In this document: in pieces, positions 12,937 to 22,546 of the stretch
Numbering within the stretch: the stretch's first letter is position 1
How the letters are laid out: each line of letters starts with the position of its first letter
DNA from: an uncultured Actinomycetota bacterium
GTDB taxonomy: Bacteria; Actinomycetota; Actinomycetes; JAFAQI01
Assembly: GCA_963770565.1 (NCBI GenBank)
Contig: CAVYQE010000011.1
Coordinates: 256,001-320,000 of the forward strand
Length of the DNA: 64,000 bases
Direction of reading: 5' to 3'
The notes under the pieces: model-generated
The model's input: the letters and a program-made list of their open reading frames with translations, nothing else
Databases searched by the model: none
Told to the model about the DNA's origin: nothing
Made by a program: the position numbers and the translations under genes

Positions 12937-13829
12937 CCGCGGCAGTGGACGCGATCGGCTTGGGCAAGCGCTACGGCCGGCGCTGGGCGTTGACCGACTG
13001 CACGCTGACCGTCCCGACCGGCCGCGTCGTCGGCCTGGTCGGACCGAACGGAGCCGGCAAGACCACGTTGCTGCACCTGGCCGTGGGTCTACTCGAGCCG
13101 AGCGCCGGCACGATCTCCGTGCTCGGCGACCGTCCCCGCTCCGATTCCGCCTTGCTGTCCCGAGTCGGGTTCCTGGCGCAGGACAGCCCGACGTACGCGC
13201 GGTTGACGGTCGGTCAGCACCTGCAGATGGGTCAATGGCTGAACCCGACCTGGGACTCCGCGTTCGCGCGGAACCGGATCGAGGAGCTCCGGCTCGACCT
13301 CGGCCAGCGGGCCGGCACGCTGTCCGGCGGCCAGAAAGCACAACTGGCTTTGACGTTGGCGGTGGCGAAGCGGCCGGAGCTGTTGCTGCTCGACGAGCCG
13401 GTCGCCAGCCTCGATCCACTGGCCCGGCGGGAGTTCCTTCAGACCCTGATGGAGGTGGTGGCCGCACAGGGAGTCGGCGTCGTGCTGTCGTCTCACCTGA
13501 TCGCCGATCTGGAGCGGGTGTGCGACTACCTTGTCGTTCTCGTTGCTGGCCGGGTCGCGCTGACCGGCGAAGTTGATGCGCTGCTCGCCTCGCATCACCG
13601 GCTGGTCGGCCCGCGCCGGGATGCCGCCGCGATGCCGAGGGATCAGTTGGTGATCGACGCCAGCCATGCCGAGAAGCAGAGCACGCTGCTGGTGCGAACC
13701 GAGAACCCGATCCTCGACCCGGCGTGGACGGTCACCCCGGTGACGCTCGAGGATCTCGTCCTCGCTTACATGCGGCAGGCAGTTGACGGCGATCAGCGGC
13801 CGTCCAGCGGGCTGGCGGTGGCTGGATGA
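12933..13829 (+). CDS. ABC transporter ATP-binding protein
   Basis: GPNGAGKT, LSGGQ, LLLDEP; ATGA overlap with gntR. Confidence 0.95.
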   Translation: MTAAVDAIGLGKRYGRRWALTDCTLTVPTGRVVGLVGPNGAGKTTLLHLAVGLLEPSAGTISVLGDRPRSDSALLSRVGFLAQDSPTYARLTVGQHLQMGQWLNPTWDSAFARNRIEELRLDLGQRAGTLSGGQKAQLALTLAVAKRPELLLLDEPVASLDPLARREFLQTLMEVVAAQGVGVVLSSHLIADLERVCDYLVVLVAGRVALTGEVDALLASHHRLVGPRRDAAAMPRDQLVIDASHAEKQSTLLVRTENPILDPAWTVTPVTLEDLVLAYMRQAVDGDQRPSSGLAVAG

Positions 13830-14875
13830 CTCGCTTCGCCTGGTTGCAGGCCCGTACGCAAACGCTGGTCGGTGCCGGTGCGCTCGCGGCGCTCGCCGTT
13901 GCCACGGCCATCGTGGGGATCCATCTGTCCCACCTACACAGCAGCCTCGTCGTCGGGTGCCGGGGCCCGAGCAACTGCGGGGTCGGCATCTCCGAGTTCC
14001 TCAGCCATGGCAACTTCTTCGAGCACGTGCTCGACATCGTGACGCAGGTCGCCGCGCCGCTGCTCGGCGTGTTCTGGGGCGCCCCGCTTCTGGCCCGCGA
14101 GCTGGAGTCCGGCACCCATCGGCTCGTCTGGACCCAGAGCGTCACCCGCTCCCGCTGGTTGATCACCCGACTTGTGATCGTCGGCTTGGCGACCGCGATG
14201 CTGGCCGGTCTTCTCACCCTCGCCATCACCTGGTTCTACCGAGACATCGACCCGCTCGCTTCGAACCGCTACGCGGTGTTCGACGCGCGCGACATCGTGC
14301 CGATTGGTTACGCGGTATTCGCGTTTACCCTCGGCGTGCTGCTCGGCGCGGTCATCCGCCGTACGGTGCCCGCGATGGCCGCAACGATTGTCGGGTACGT
14401 CGGCGCCCGGGTGGCCATCGCGTTGTGGGTCCGACCGCATCTGCTCACCCCGGTGCACAAGACGATGGGATTGCTCAGCGGAGGCTTCGGCTTCGAGATC
14501 ATGAACGGTTCGGCGCGGATGGTGGCTAAGGGCGCCCCACCGCCCAACACCTGGAGCCTGTCCAGCCACATCGTGACCAGCTCCGGTCACGTCGCCAGCT
14601 CGTCCCAACTCGCGGCGTTCCTGCAGCAGCACTGTGCGAAGCTCGCCACTCTGCCTCCACCGACCGCTTCAGGTCGGATCGCGAAACAGGGCGGCAATCC
14701 AGCCGTCTTCCAGGCCTGCGGCAACCAGGCGGCTCGGGTGTTCCATCTGCTGGTGACCTACCAGCCGGCCGGCCATTACTGGCCCCTCCAGTGGCTCGAG
14801 ACCGGAATCTTCGTTGTTCTTGCGATCCTCGCTGCCGCCGGTGCCTACTGGTGGGTCACCCGCCGAATCGTGTGA
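13826..14875 (+). CDS. ABC transporter permease
   Basis: GAPLLARELESGT...WTQSVTR..W motif, multiple TM segments. Confidence 0.9.
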   Translation: MTRFAWLQARTQTLVGAGALAALAVATAIVGIHLSHLHSSLVVGCRGPSNCGVGISEFLSHGNFFEHVLDIVTQVAAPLLGVFWGAPLLARELESGTHRLVWTQSVTRSRWLITRLVIVGLATAMLAGLLTLAITWFYRDIDPLASNRYAVFDARDIVPIGYAVFAFTLGVLLGAVIRRTVPAMAATIVGYVGARVAIALWVRPHLLTPVHKTMGLLSGGFGFEIMNGSARMVAKGAPPPNTWSLSSHIVTSSGHVASSSQLAAFLQQHCAKLATLPPPTASGRIAKQGGNPAVFQACGNQAARVFHLLVTYQPAGHYWPLQWLETGIFVVLAILAAAGAYWWVTRRIV

Positions 14876-14898
14876 TCACGACCTAGCGCCGCACAGCG

Positions 14899-15456
14899 CT
14901 ACGCGAATCGGTCGTCTTCGGCGGCCAGGTCGTGGAGCTCCCGGAGCCGGTCGGTGAGCCATTGCCATCCGTCGGAGTCGCGATGGTGCAGGTGCCATCC
15001 CCATAGCACTTCGTGCACCCGTGGGCCGTGCCGGAGCACACCGAGGACGACGACCCGGGTGTCCGTAGGAAGCTGCTCCTCCGGGAAGTAGATCCGGACC
15101 GCGCCGGGCACGCTGCTTCGGCCGACCACGGACGTGCCACCCAGGAACCCAGGCAGTTCGGCGGACGCCGCGTCAACTGACGGGACGTCGGCGCTGCCCT
15201 CGCCGAGGCTTGGAACACCGCCGAGGAGCACCAGCTCGCCGGTGTCGTGGATCCACTCCAGCCGGCCGATCCTCGCCGCTAAGGCGTCGGCAACCGGCGC
15301 CGGCAGGGTCCACTCGCCGAAGTTCGTGACGAAACTCATCGCTCGACCGACGTTCGCCTCGTGGAATGCATCGAGCCGGACGACGTCCAGCTCGACCTCG
15401 GCGACCTGCACACGCGCAACCACCGCCGGACGGTCAGCGGCCTCGTCGTTGGGCAT
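14899..15456 (-). CDS. Hypothetical protein
   Basis: Protein-like ORF with RBS-like GGAG upstream; no recognised motif. Confidence 0.6.
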   Translation of the reverse strand: MPNDEAADRPAVVARVQVAEVELDVVRLDAFHEANVGRAMSFVTNFGEWTLPAPVADALAARIGRLEWIHDTGELVLLGGVPSLGEGSADVPSVDAASAELPGFLGGTSVVGRSSVPGAVRIYFPEEQLPTDTRVVVLGVLRHGPRVHEVLWGWHLHHRDSDGWQWLTDRLRELHDLAAEDDRFA

Positions 15457-15516
15457 GGACACTCCAGTCCTCGTGGGTCACAGTCAGCGAAGGTGGGCGG
15501 GCCCGCCGTCGCTCTC

Positions 15517-15579
15517 AGTTGATCATGGCGAAAAGCGCCGTCTTTCAGCCGAAGATCGCTCGTTTCGCCATGATCAACT
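15517..15579. repeat. REP-like intergenic inverted repeat AGTTGATCATGGCGAAA / TTTCGCCATGATCAACT
   Basis: Perfect 17-bp arms with a 29-bp spacer, downstream of the CoA-transferase gene. Confidence 0.8.
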
Positions 15580-15597
15580 CGGGCTGGCCGGGCGGGG

Positions 15598-16755
15598 TTA
15601 GGCCTGGACGATTGCTCCGCTGTCCCGTAGGGCGGTGATCACATCGGGGTCGATGCCCCACTCCTGCAGGGCCTCGACCGTGTCGGCTCCCGGCGGGCGC
15701 GCGGGTACGCCGACCGCACCCGGCGTACGGGAGAACCGCGGCGCGACCGCGGGCTGGGTCAGACCGTCGACCTCGATCAGGCTCTGTCTGGCCTGCAGGT
15801 GTGGATCGGCCGATGCCTCGGTGATCCGCCACACCGGCGAGACGCAGGCATCGACGCCGTCGAACGCGGCGATCCACTCCGCGCGGGTGCGGGCGGCGAA
15901 CGCAGTCACGAAACGCTCGCGGGTCGCCGGCCACGTCGCGCGATCGTTCTGCGGCGGGAGGTCGGTCAGGTCGAGCACCCGCACGAGCTCGGCGAAGAAC
16001 TGCGGCTCGATCGCGCCGACCGCCATGTACTCACCATCCGCGCACTGGTAGGTGTCGTAGTACGGCGCACCGCCGTCGAGCATGTTGCTGCCGCGTTCGT
16101 CGCGCAGTAGCCCGGCCGAGTTCTGGCCGTGCGCCATTGCCAGCAGCGTCGAGACGCCGTCGACCATCGCGACGTCGACGACCTGGCCCTGACCACTGGT
16201 GACCCGTTCGAGCAAAGCCGCCAGTACGCCGGCCACGCAGAACATCCCGCCGCCGCCGAAATCGGCCACCAGGTTCAGCGGCGGCACCGGCTTCCGGCCC
16301 GGCTCGCCGATCATCGAGATCGCGCCGGCGATCGCCGCGTAGTCGATGTCGTGGCCGACCCGGGCGGCCAGCGGACCGTCCTGACCCCATCCGGTCATTC
16401 GGGCATAGACCAGCCGCGGGTTGGCCGCCAGGCACTCGTCGGGTCCGAGTCCGAGCCGCTCGGCCACGCCGGGCCGGAACGCCTCGACCACGACGTCGGC
16501 GCCGGCGACCAGATCGAGCGCGAGTTCAGTCGCGCCGGACGCCTTCAGGTCGATGGCGACCGACCGGCGGCCACGGGCGAGCACGTCGAAGCGCCCGATC
16601 ACCGAGCTGAGCGTCCCGCCCGGCCGCTCCAGCCGGAGCACGTCGGCGCCGAGGTCGGCCAGCATCATGACCGCGAACGGCGCGGGCCCGATCCCGGCGA
16701 GCTCGATGACCTTGATCCCGGCCAGCGGCCCCGGCCGCTCCGATCCCGCACTCAC
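15598..16755 (-). CDS. CaiB/BaiF CoA-transferase (alpha-methylacyl-CoA racemase-like)
   Basis: LAGIGPAP, ADLGADV, GHDIDY, ADFGGG; GTG start overlaps the upstream stop. Confidence 0.93.
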   Translation of the reverse strand: MSAGSERPGPLAGIKVIELAGIGPAPFAVMMLADLGADVLRLERPGGTLSSVIGRFDVLARGRRSVAIDLKASGATELALDLVAGADVVVEAFRPGVAERLGLGPDECLAANPRLVYARMTGWGQDGPLAARVGHDIDYAAIAGAISMIGEPGRKPVPPLNLVADFGGGGMFCVAGVLAALLERVTSGQGQVVDVAMVDGVSTLLAMAHGQNSAGLLRDERGSNMLDGGAPYYDTYQCADGEYMAVGAIEPQFFAELVRVLDLTDLPPQNDRATWPATRERFVTAFAARTRAEWIAAFDGVDACVSPVWRITEASADPHLQARQSLIEVDGLTQPAVAPRFSRTPGAVGVPARPPGADTVEALQEWGIDPDVITALRDSGAIVQA

Positions 16756-17510
16756 CGGGTCACGGTAGCGGTCCGTCCCATGATGATCCGGGCGTGGTCG
16801 CGCGGGTTGAGCCAGCGCAGCAGGATCAGCAACTCCGGTCGGGGCAGGGCGACACATCCCGACGTCGGGCTGTGGTGTGTGACGTGCAGGAAGATCGCAC
16901 TTCCCCGCCCGGGCACGCGCGCGGTGTTGTAGGCGATCGCGGCGACATCGTCGTACGACGGCTGGACGTGCAGTGGTTCAGGGGCGCGACCGGCCGAGTG
17001 GCGCCGGGTGTTGGTCCAGAGGTTGTAGCGCGGGCTGGCCGGATCGTCGTCCCACACGTCCCACGGTGCGGCGTGCCGCCACGGGTAGCGCACCTTGGGA
17101 TTCGGGTCCACGCCGAAGAAGAACGAGAAGTGGTACGAGCCGGTCGGGACCTTGCCGTCACCCTCGCGCTTCGCGCCCGGCCGGGCGAACCCGTTGCGGC
17201 CGATCCACGCCGACCACGGGCCGGCCACCCGCTTCCAACCGGCGGCGGTCTTGGCGAACGCCTGGACGGTCGCGTGGACCGAGCCGTAGTGCGCCGTGGT
17301 CACCGAGATGACCTGGGTCGCGTTGTGCACGCCCTTCAGGCGGGTGACCAGCAACCCGTGCGGCGCGCTGCGCGTCACGGCAGCGGGTCGCGTGGCGCCG
17401 CGGGTTGCCGCGTTGGTCCACGCCGGAGCCGCCACGACGGCGAGCGTCATCATCAGCGTCACCACGACCGCGGTGGTACGCCGGCCCACTTGCGCTCCTA
17501 CCCTCGACAT
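16752..17510 (-). CDS. Secreted L,D-transpeptidase (YkuD) family protein
   Basis: KREGDG..PTG and GSAIFLHV...TSGCVAL motifs; signal peptide. Confidence 0.88.
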   Translation of the reverse strand: MSRVGAQVGRRTTAVVVTLMMTLAVVAAPAWTNAATRGATRPAAVTRSAPHGLLVTRLKGVHNATQVISVTTAHYGSVHATVQAFAKTAAGWKRVAGPWSAWIGRNGFARPGAKREGDGKVPTGSYHFSFFFGVDPNPKVRYPWRHAAPWDVWDDDPASPRYNLWTNTRRHSAGRAPEPLHVQPSYDDVAAIAYNTARVPGRGSAIFLHVTHHSPTSGCVALPRPELLILLRWLNPRDHARIIMGRTATVTR

Positions 17511-17572
17511 GTGCCAGGACGAACGCTACGCCGCCGACCTGGGACCGGCGTGGCCACCGCGGTGGTTCGGGG

Positions 17573-18559
17573 ATGACCGCGCTCGCACCGTTGACGGCCG
17601 GACGTTTCGTCTCGACCTGGCAGTTCGACGGATGGGCGACCGTCGTCGTGCTGGCGCTGCTCGCCGGATACGTCGCCGGCATGCGGGCGGCCGGGCGGCG
17701 TGGCGTCGCGTGGCCCCGAACGCGAGCGGCGTGGTTCATCGGCCTCGGTCTCGGCACCATCGTCATCGCCACGATGTCGTCGATGTCGGTCTACTCGCGG
17801 GTGTTGCTGTGGCCGATGGCACTGCAGGTGACGCTGCTGTTGACGATCGTGCCGGTCGGTCTCGGACTCGGCGACCCGCTCGGTCTGGTCAGCGCGTCGC
17901 TGTCTCCATCCGGTCGGGCGCGTTGGCGCCGCGCCCTCGACAACCCGGTCTTCCGGATCCTCACCTTCCCGGCGGTCGCGCCGCTGCTCGCTGTCGCCAC
18001 GCAGTTCGTCGTGTTCTACACGGGCTACATCGGCGCGGCTCAGCACCATGTCTGGGTCATGCAGCTGCTCCAGGCGCAGCTGGTGATCACCGGCTGCCTG
18101 TTCGTGCTGCCGTTGCTCGGCGTCGAGGCGTTGCCGGCCTGGTGCACGCAACCGGTCCGGATGACCTTCGCGGCCGTCGATGGTCTACTCGACGCGATCC
18201 CGGGGATCGCGGTGATGACCAGCGGCTCGCTGGTCGCCGACGGCTACTACCGCTCGGTCAGCCGTACCTGGGGTCCGACCCGAAGCTGGGACCAGATCAT
18301 CGCCGGCGGTCTGATGCTGACGATTGCCGAAGTAGTGGCGATCCCGTTCGTCGCGATCCTGTTCCGGGCCTGGATCCGCGAGGACGCGGCCCGGGCCGAG
18401 GACGTCGACCTGGCCCTCGATCTTGCCGACCTGAAGCAAGACCCGGAAGCGCCGGAGGGAGCCGCGCCGAGCAACCGGCCGTGGTGGGAGGTCGATCCGG
18501 GGCCACTCGCCGACCGGGCCGCGCGCTACGGCTGGGCCGAGCGGCCGCCGGAAAGCTAG
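17573..18559 (+). CDS. Cytochrome c oxidase assembly protein (CtaG/Caa3 family)
   Basis: Multi-TM; WP..R..WF and DQIIAGGLM motifs. Confidence 0.8.
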   Translation: MTALAPLTAGRFVSTWQFDGWATVVVLALLAGYVAGMRAAGRRGVAWPRTRAAWFIGLGLGTIVIATMSSMSVYSRVLLWPMALQVTLLLTIVPVGLGLGDPLGLVSASLSPSGRARWRRALDNPVFRILTFPAVAPLLAVATQFVVFYTGYIGAAQHHVWVMQLLQAQLVITGCLFVLPLLGVEALPAWCTQPVRMTFAAVDGLLDAIPGIAVMTSGSLVADGYYRSVSRTWGPTRSWDQIIAGGLMLTIAEVVAIPFVAILFRAWIREDAARAEDVDLALDLADLKQDPEAPEGAAPSNRPWWEVDPGPLADRAARYGWAERPPES

Positions 18560-18626
18560 GCGCCCATCAACCAACGTTTGCCCTGTTGCGCGACGCTCAC
18601 GACGGCCAACGTTGGTTGATGGGGCG

Positions 18627-19673
18627 CTATCGCGCCCAGGCCACGACCGGGCCGTCGACCGCAACAGTCGCGACCGACCCGCGGTCCCACCCGAGGCCAC
18701 CCCTGACGCGTACGACGAGCACCGGCGCGTCGCCGTGCAGCGGCTTGAGCCGAACGATCGCGTCATGTCCGTAGAACTCGTGGTCGACGACCTCGCAGGC
18801 ATCGGGCTGTCCGGGCTGTGCGCGAGACAGCTGCAGTTGTTCCGGCCGCACCATCACGGTTGCCGCGCGGCCGCTGGTGTCCGGGTCGGGCGACCCGTGC
18901 AGCGCCAGTCGCCCGAGTGCGGTGGTCACGGCATCGCCGTCGAAGGTGCCGGCGATGAGGTTGACCTCGCCGACGAAGTGCGCGAGATCGGCGTCGACCG
19001 GTCTGGTGTAGAGCGCCTGCGGGCTGTCCAGCTGCGCGATTACGCCGTCGCGCAGCACGGCGACCCGGTCGGACATCGACAGTGCCTCGTCCTGGTCGTG
19101 CGTGACCAGCAGCGCGGTCATGCCCGCCGTACGAAGAATCCTCAGTACGTCGGCGCGCACGCTCGCGCGCAGAGAGGCATCGAGTGAGGCGAACGGCTCG
19201 TCGAGCAGGACCAGTCGCGGGCTGACCGCGAGGGCGCGAGCCAGCGCGACGCGCTGCTGTTGCCCGCCGGAGAGCTGATGCGGATAGCTGCGGGCCCGAT
19301 CGGCGAGCCCAATCATCTCGAGCAGGTCGGCCACCTTCTGCTTGGCCTCCGCGCTACGGGACAGGCCGAACCGGATGTTGCCCGCCACGGTGAGATGCGG
19401 GAACAGGTTGCCTTCTTGTGGCACGTACCCGATCCGGCGCCGCTCGGGCGCGACGAAATGGGTGGCGTCATCGACGATCTCGTCGTCGAGCTGGACCGAT
19501 CCGCTCTGGGCCCGCTCGAAGCCGCAGATGACGCGAAGCAAGGTGGTCTTCCCGCTGCCGGACGGGCCGAGGATCGCGGTGATCGTGCCGGCCTCGACCC
19601 GCAGGTCAACGCCCGTCAGCACCGGCTTCGCGCCGAACCCCTTGACGAGGTCGGACACGACCAGGCTGGTCAA
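18627..19673 (-). CDS. Fe3+ ABC transporter ATP-binding protein (FbpC-like)
   Basis: GPSGSGKT, LFPHL, LSGGQQQRVALARA; start uncertain (TTG). Confidence 0.9.
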   Translation of the reverse strand: MTSLVVSDLVKGFGAKPVLTGVDLRVEAGTITAILGPSGSGKTTLLRVICGFERAQSGSVQLDDEIVDDATHFVAPERRRIGYVPQEGNLFPHLTVAGNIRFGLSRSAEAKQKVADLLEMIGLADRARSYPHQLSGGQQQRVALARALAVSPRLVLLDEPFASLDASLRASVRADVLRILRTAGMTALLVTHDQDEALSMSDRVAVLRDGVIAQLDSPQALYTRPVDADLAHFVGEVNLIAGTFDGDAVTTALGRLALHGSPDPDTSGRAATVMVRPEQLQLSRAQPGQPDACEVVDHEFYGHDAIVRLKPLHGDAPVLVVRVRGGLGWDRGSVATVAVDGPVVAWAR

Positions 19674-19677
19674 TGCA

Positions 19678-21255
19678 TCACATCCGCTGTGAGGGAAGGC
19701 GGTCGAACCACCGTCCGAGAACAAGGCTTGGCACCGCCGCGATGCCCATCATCAGCAACGCGAAGGGTGCCGCTTGACTGTAGGACAGGTTCTGTTGGTA
19801 GGCCCAGAACTGGGTCGCCAAGGTCTGGACCCCGGTCGGGATCAGGATCAGCGTGGCGGTCAGCTCCGTCACCACCGACAGGAACACCAGGCAGAACCCG
19901 GCCGCGAGGCCCGGTGCCAGCAGCGGCACGGTGACCCGGACCAACACCGACGTTCTACGACGGCCGAGTGACCGCGCGACATCGTCGAGGCGGGCCGGCG
20001 CGCGTACGGCCGACGCTCTGACCGCGACCAGTGCGAGCGGGAAGAACAAGATCGCGTACGCGACGATGAGCAACTCGGGGGTCTGGTACAGGTAGCCGCT
20101 GGCATAGCGCTCGACGAAGTAGGACACCGCGAGCGCGGTGACGATGCCGGGCATGGCAAGCACCAACAACGTGCTGCGCTCGAGCAGGTTCGTGATCCGG
20201 CGTGGGTATCGGACCGACAGCAGGGCGACCGGCAACGCAGCGATGGTCGCAAGCGCGCCGGCGGCCGCGGCGTACATCGCGGTGTGACCGGCCGCACTGA
20301 CAAGCGAGACGCCGGTGATCGCGGGCGCCCGGCCGACGACCATCCAGTAGACACTCGCACCGACCGGCACGCCGACTGCCAGCCCGATCAGGGCGAGGAA
20401 CCCGAAAAGCACCGGAAGGGTTGCGCGACCCAGGTTGTGCCGCCGGGTGACCCGCTGCGCCTGCTGGCCGGTGTGCGCCACCTGGCCGCGCGATCGGACC
20501 CGCAACTCGCTCCCGACCGCCACGATGCTCAGGACCACCAGGACAAGTGACAGCGCGCATGCACCGGGCAGGTCGAAGACGTGGAACTCGGTGAAGATCT
20601 CGGTGGTGAAGGTGCGGTAGCCGAGGATCTCGAACGCGCCGTACTCGGCCAGCATCACCAGTGAGACGAGCAGGCACCCGCCGAGGATCGCTCCGCGGGC
20701 TTGGCCGATCGTGACCCGCCAGAAGGTGCGGAGCCGACCCACGCCGAGGCTGCGCGACATCTCTTCTTGCGCGGGGTCGGCATTGCGAAGGCTGGCGGCC
20801 ACCGGCAGGTGGACGAGCGGATAGACGGCGAGCGTCATGACGAGCACGGCGCCGCGGAATCCGGTGATGCTCGCGGACAGCGAGTTCCACCCGAAGCTGA
20901 CCACGAAGTCGGGAATCGCGAGCGGTACGACGACGAGCACCGCCCAGAGCTGTCGTCCCGGCAGGTTGGTGCGCTCGATGCACCAGGCGGTGGCGGTGCC
21001 GATCACGGCGCACAGGGCGGTGACGACGACGGTCAGCCGGACCGTGTTCCAGAGCAACTGGGCGGTGAGGTGGCGCAGCAGGAGCTGTCGGACCTCGGTC
21101 GCGCCCGAGTGCTCGGTGAGGATGATCAGGAACACCAGCGGCAGCGCCAGGACCGCCGCGACCAGCGTGCTGATCGCGAACAATGTGCGCGGCGCGTGCG
21201 CGCTGCCGTACCGCAAACGAGCGACGGCCGGACGGACCGGTGCGCTGATCGCCAC
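19678..21255 (-). CDS. Fe3+ ABC transporter permease (FbpB-like)
   Basis: Two EAA-like loops, many TM segments, ELTATLIL.PTG. Confidence 0.9.
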   Translation of the reverse strand: MAISAPVRPAVARLRYGSAHAPRTLFAISTLVAAVLALPLVFLIILTEHSGATEVRQLLLRHLTAQLLWNTVRLTVVVTALCAVIGTATAWCIERTNLPGRQLWAVLVVVPLAIPDFVVSFGWNSLSASITGFRGAVLVMTLAVYPLVHLPVAASLRNADPAQEEMSRSLGVGRLRTFWRVTIGQARGAILGGCLLVSLVMLAEYGAFEILGYRTFTTEIFTEFHVFDLPGACALSLVLVVLSIVAVGSELRVRSRGQVAHTGQQAQRVTRRHNLGRATLPVLFGFLALIGLAVGVPVGASVYWMVVGRAPAITGVSLVSAAGHTAMYAAAAGALATIAALPVALLSVRYPRRITNLLERSTLLVLAMPGIVTALAVSYFVERYASGYLYQTPELLIVAYAILFFPLALVAVRASAVRAPARLDDVARSLGRRRTSVLVRVTVPLLAPGLAAGFCLVFLSVVTELTATLILIPTGVQTLATQFWAYQQNLSYSQAAPFALLMMGIAAVPSLVLGRWFDRLPSQRM

Positions 21256-22358
21256 TAGTCCGTCACCCCCGCCTTGCTCCTCGATGTCACAACAGCTGGG
21301 TCTGCTTCGAGCAGCGCGACCGCGGCCCGGCCGTCGCCGAGCTGCTCGAGGTCGATCGGGTTGGGTTGCAATTGGTTGAACGGCGTCTCGGGTTGAGCAG
21401 TGGTCACGCCCGAGCCGAGCGGATATTCGAAGCTGCTGCTGCGCGCGATGATCTCCTGGCCGGCCCGGCTGGTGAGATACGCCACGAAACGTTGCGCGGC
21501 CGATTGATGCTGGCTTGACGCGAGCACTGCTGCGCCGGATACGTCGAGGACGTAGCCCGGGTCCTTTGGCGCGAGAAACGCGATCCGGGAGTGGTCGTTC
21601 GACGCGCCGACCTCGGCGTTCAGCCGGTACCAGTAGTACTGGTTGATCAATCCGAACGCGACCTGACCGCGGCTGACCTGGCTGGCGATCGTCTCGTTGT
21701 CGGGATAGGTGTGGCTGCTCCCGGCGTTGGCCTTCACGCCCTCGAGCCAGGTCTTCGTGGCCGCCGAACCGTAGCGGTTGATCATCGAGGTGACGATCGG
21801 CTGGAAGTCGGTCTCGCCGGGGGCGATCGCCAGCTTGCCCTTGTATTGCGGGTCGGCCATCGCCATCGCAGTCTTCGGTAGCTGGCTCGCCGAGATCATT
21901 GACGGGTTGTAGTCCAGGACGCTGACTCGCGCCGAGATGCCGACCCAGTCACCTTTGGCCGAGTTGTAGCGGCTCGGCACGTTGGCCAGGGTCGAAGGCT
22001 CGATCGGCGCGAGCAGGTTGCGGTCCTCGAGGAACTGAAGCGCCGGCGTGTTCTCGGTGTAGATGACGTCTGCCTTCGACCGCGAGCCTTCGGTCTGGAT
22101 CTCGTTGTCGAAGACATCCTCGTCGTCGCTGCGCACGGCGACGTTGATTCCGGTCTGCTTCTCGAAGCCGGCGACCAGCGCATCGGTGGTCTGCTGGTGT
22201 TGGCCGTTGTAGAGCGTGATGGTCACGTGCCCGCCCGACCCCGGGCCGGCCGAGCCCGATGACCCGCACCCGGCGATCGCAGTCGCAACCAGGGCGGCGA
22301 GCACGATCAGGCCGGCTTCCGGCCGGCCGATCCGGCGGGGGTGGGGCACGAGCGGCAT
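21255..22358 (-). CDS. Fe3+ ABC substrate-binding lipoprotein (FbpA/FutA-like)
   Basis: Lipobox IAGC, YNGQH and NQYYWY iron-ligand tyrosines; last codons probably frameshifted. Confidence 0.9.
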   Translation of the reverse strand: MPLVPHPRRIGRPEAGLIVLAALVATAIAGCGSSGSAGPGSGGHVTITLYNGQHQQTTDALVAGFEKQTGINVAVRSDDEDVFDNEIQTEGSRSKADVIYTENTPALQFLEDRNLLAPIEPSTLANVPSRYNSAKGDWVGISARVSVLDYNPSMISASQLPKTAMAMADPQYKGKLAIAPGETDFQPIVTSMINRYGSAATKTWLEGVKANAGSSHTYPDNETIASQVSRGQVAFGLINQYYWYRLNAEVGASNDHSRIAFLAPKDPGYVLDVSGAAVLASSQHQSAAQRFVAYLTSRAGQEIIARSSSFEYPLGSGVTTAQPETPFNQLQPNPIDLEQLGDGRAAVALLEADPAVVTSRSKAGVTD

Positions 22359-22378
22359 GCGGGCGTCCTTCAGGTAGG

Positions 22379-22397
22379 TCAGGTATGCCTAACCTAA
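22379..22397 (-). promoter_or_regulatory. IdeR/DtxR iron box TTAGGTTAGGCATACCTGA
   Basis: 16/19 match to the consensus TTAGGTTAGGCTAACCTAA, 20 bp upstream of the iron ABC operon. Confidence 0.88.
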
Positions 22398-22546
22398 CTT
22401 GATGGCCGGTTGACGGCAAGGCCCAGGGGGAGTGATCGCAGGGTGATCCCGCTGAAGTAAGCGCAACGCCGCGCCGGGGCAACGCTTGCGCGATGATTCG
22501 ACTGGCCGGTCGGGACGGCCGTTTTCGGCGACGACGGGAGCGCGCA

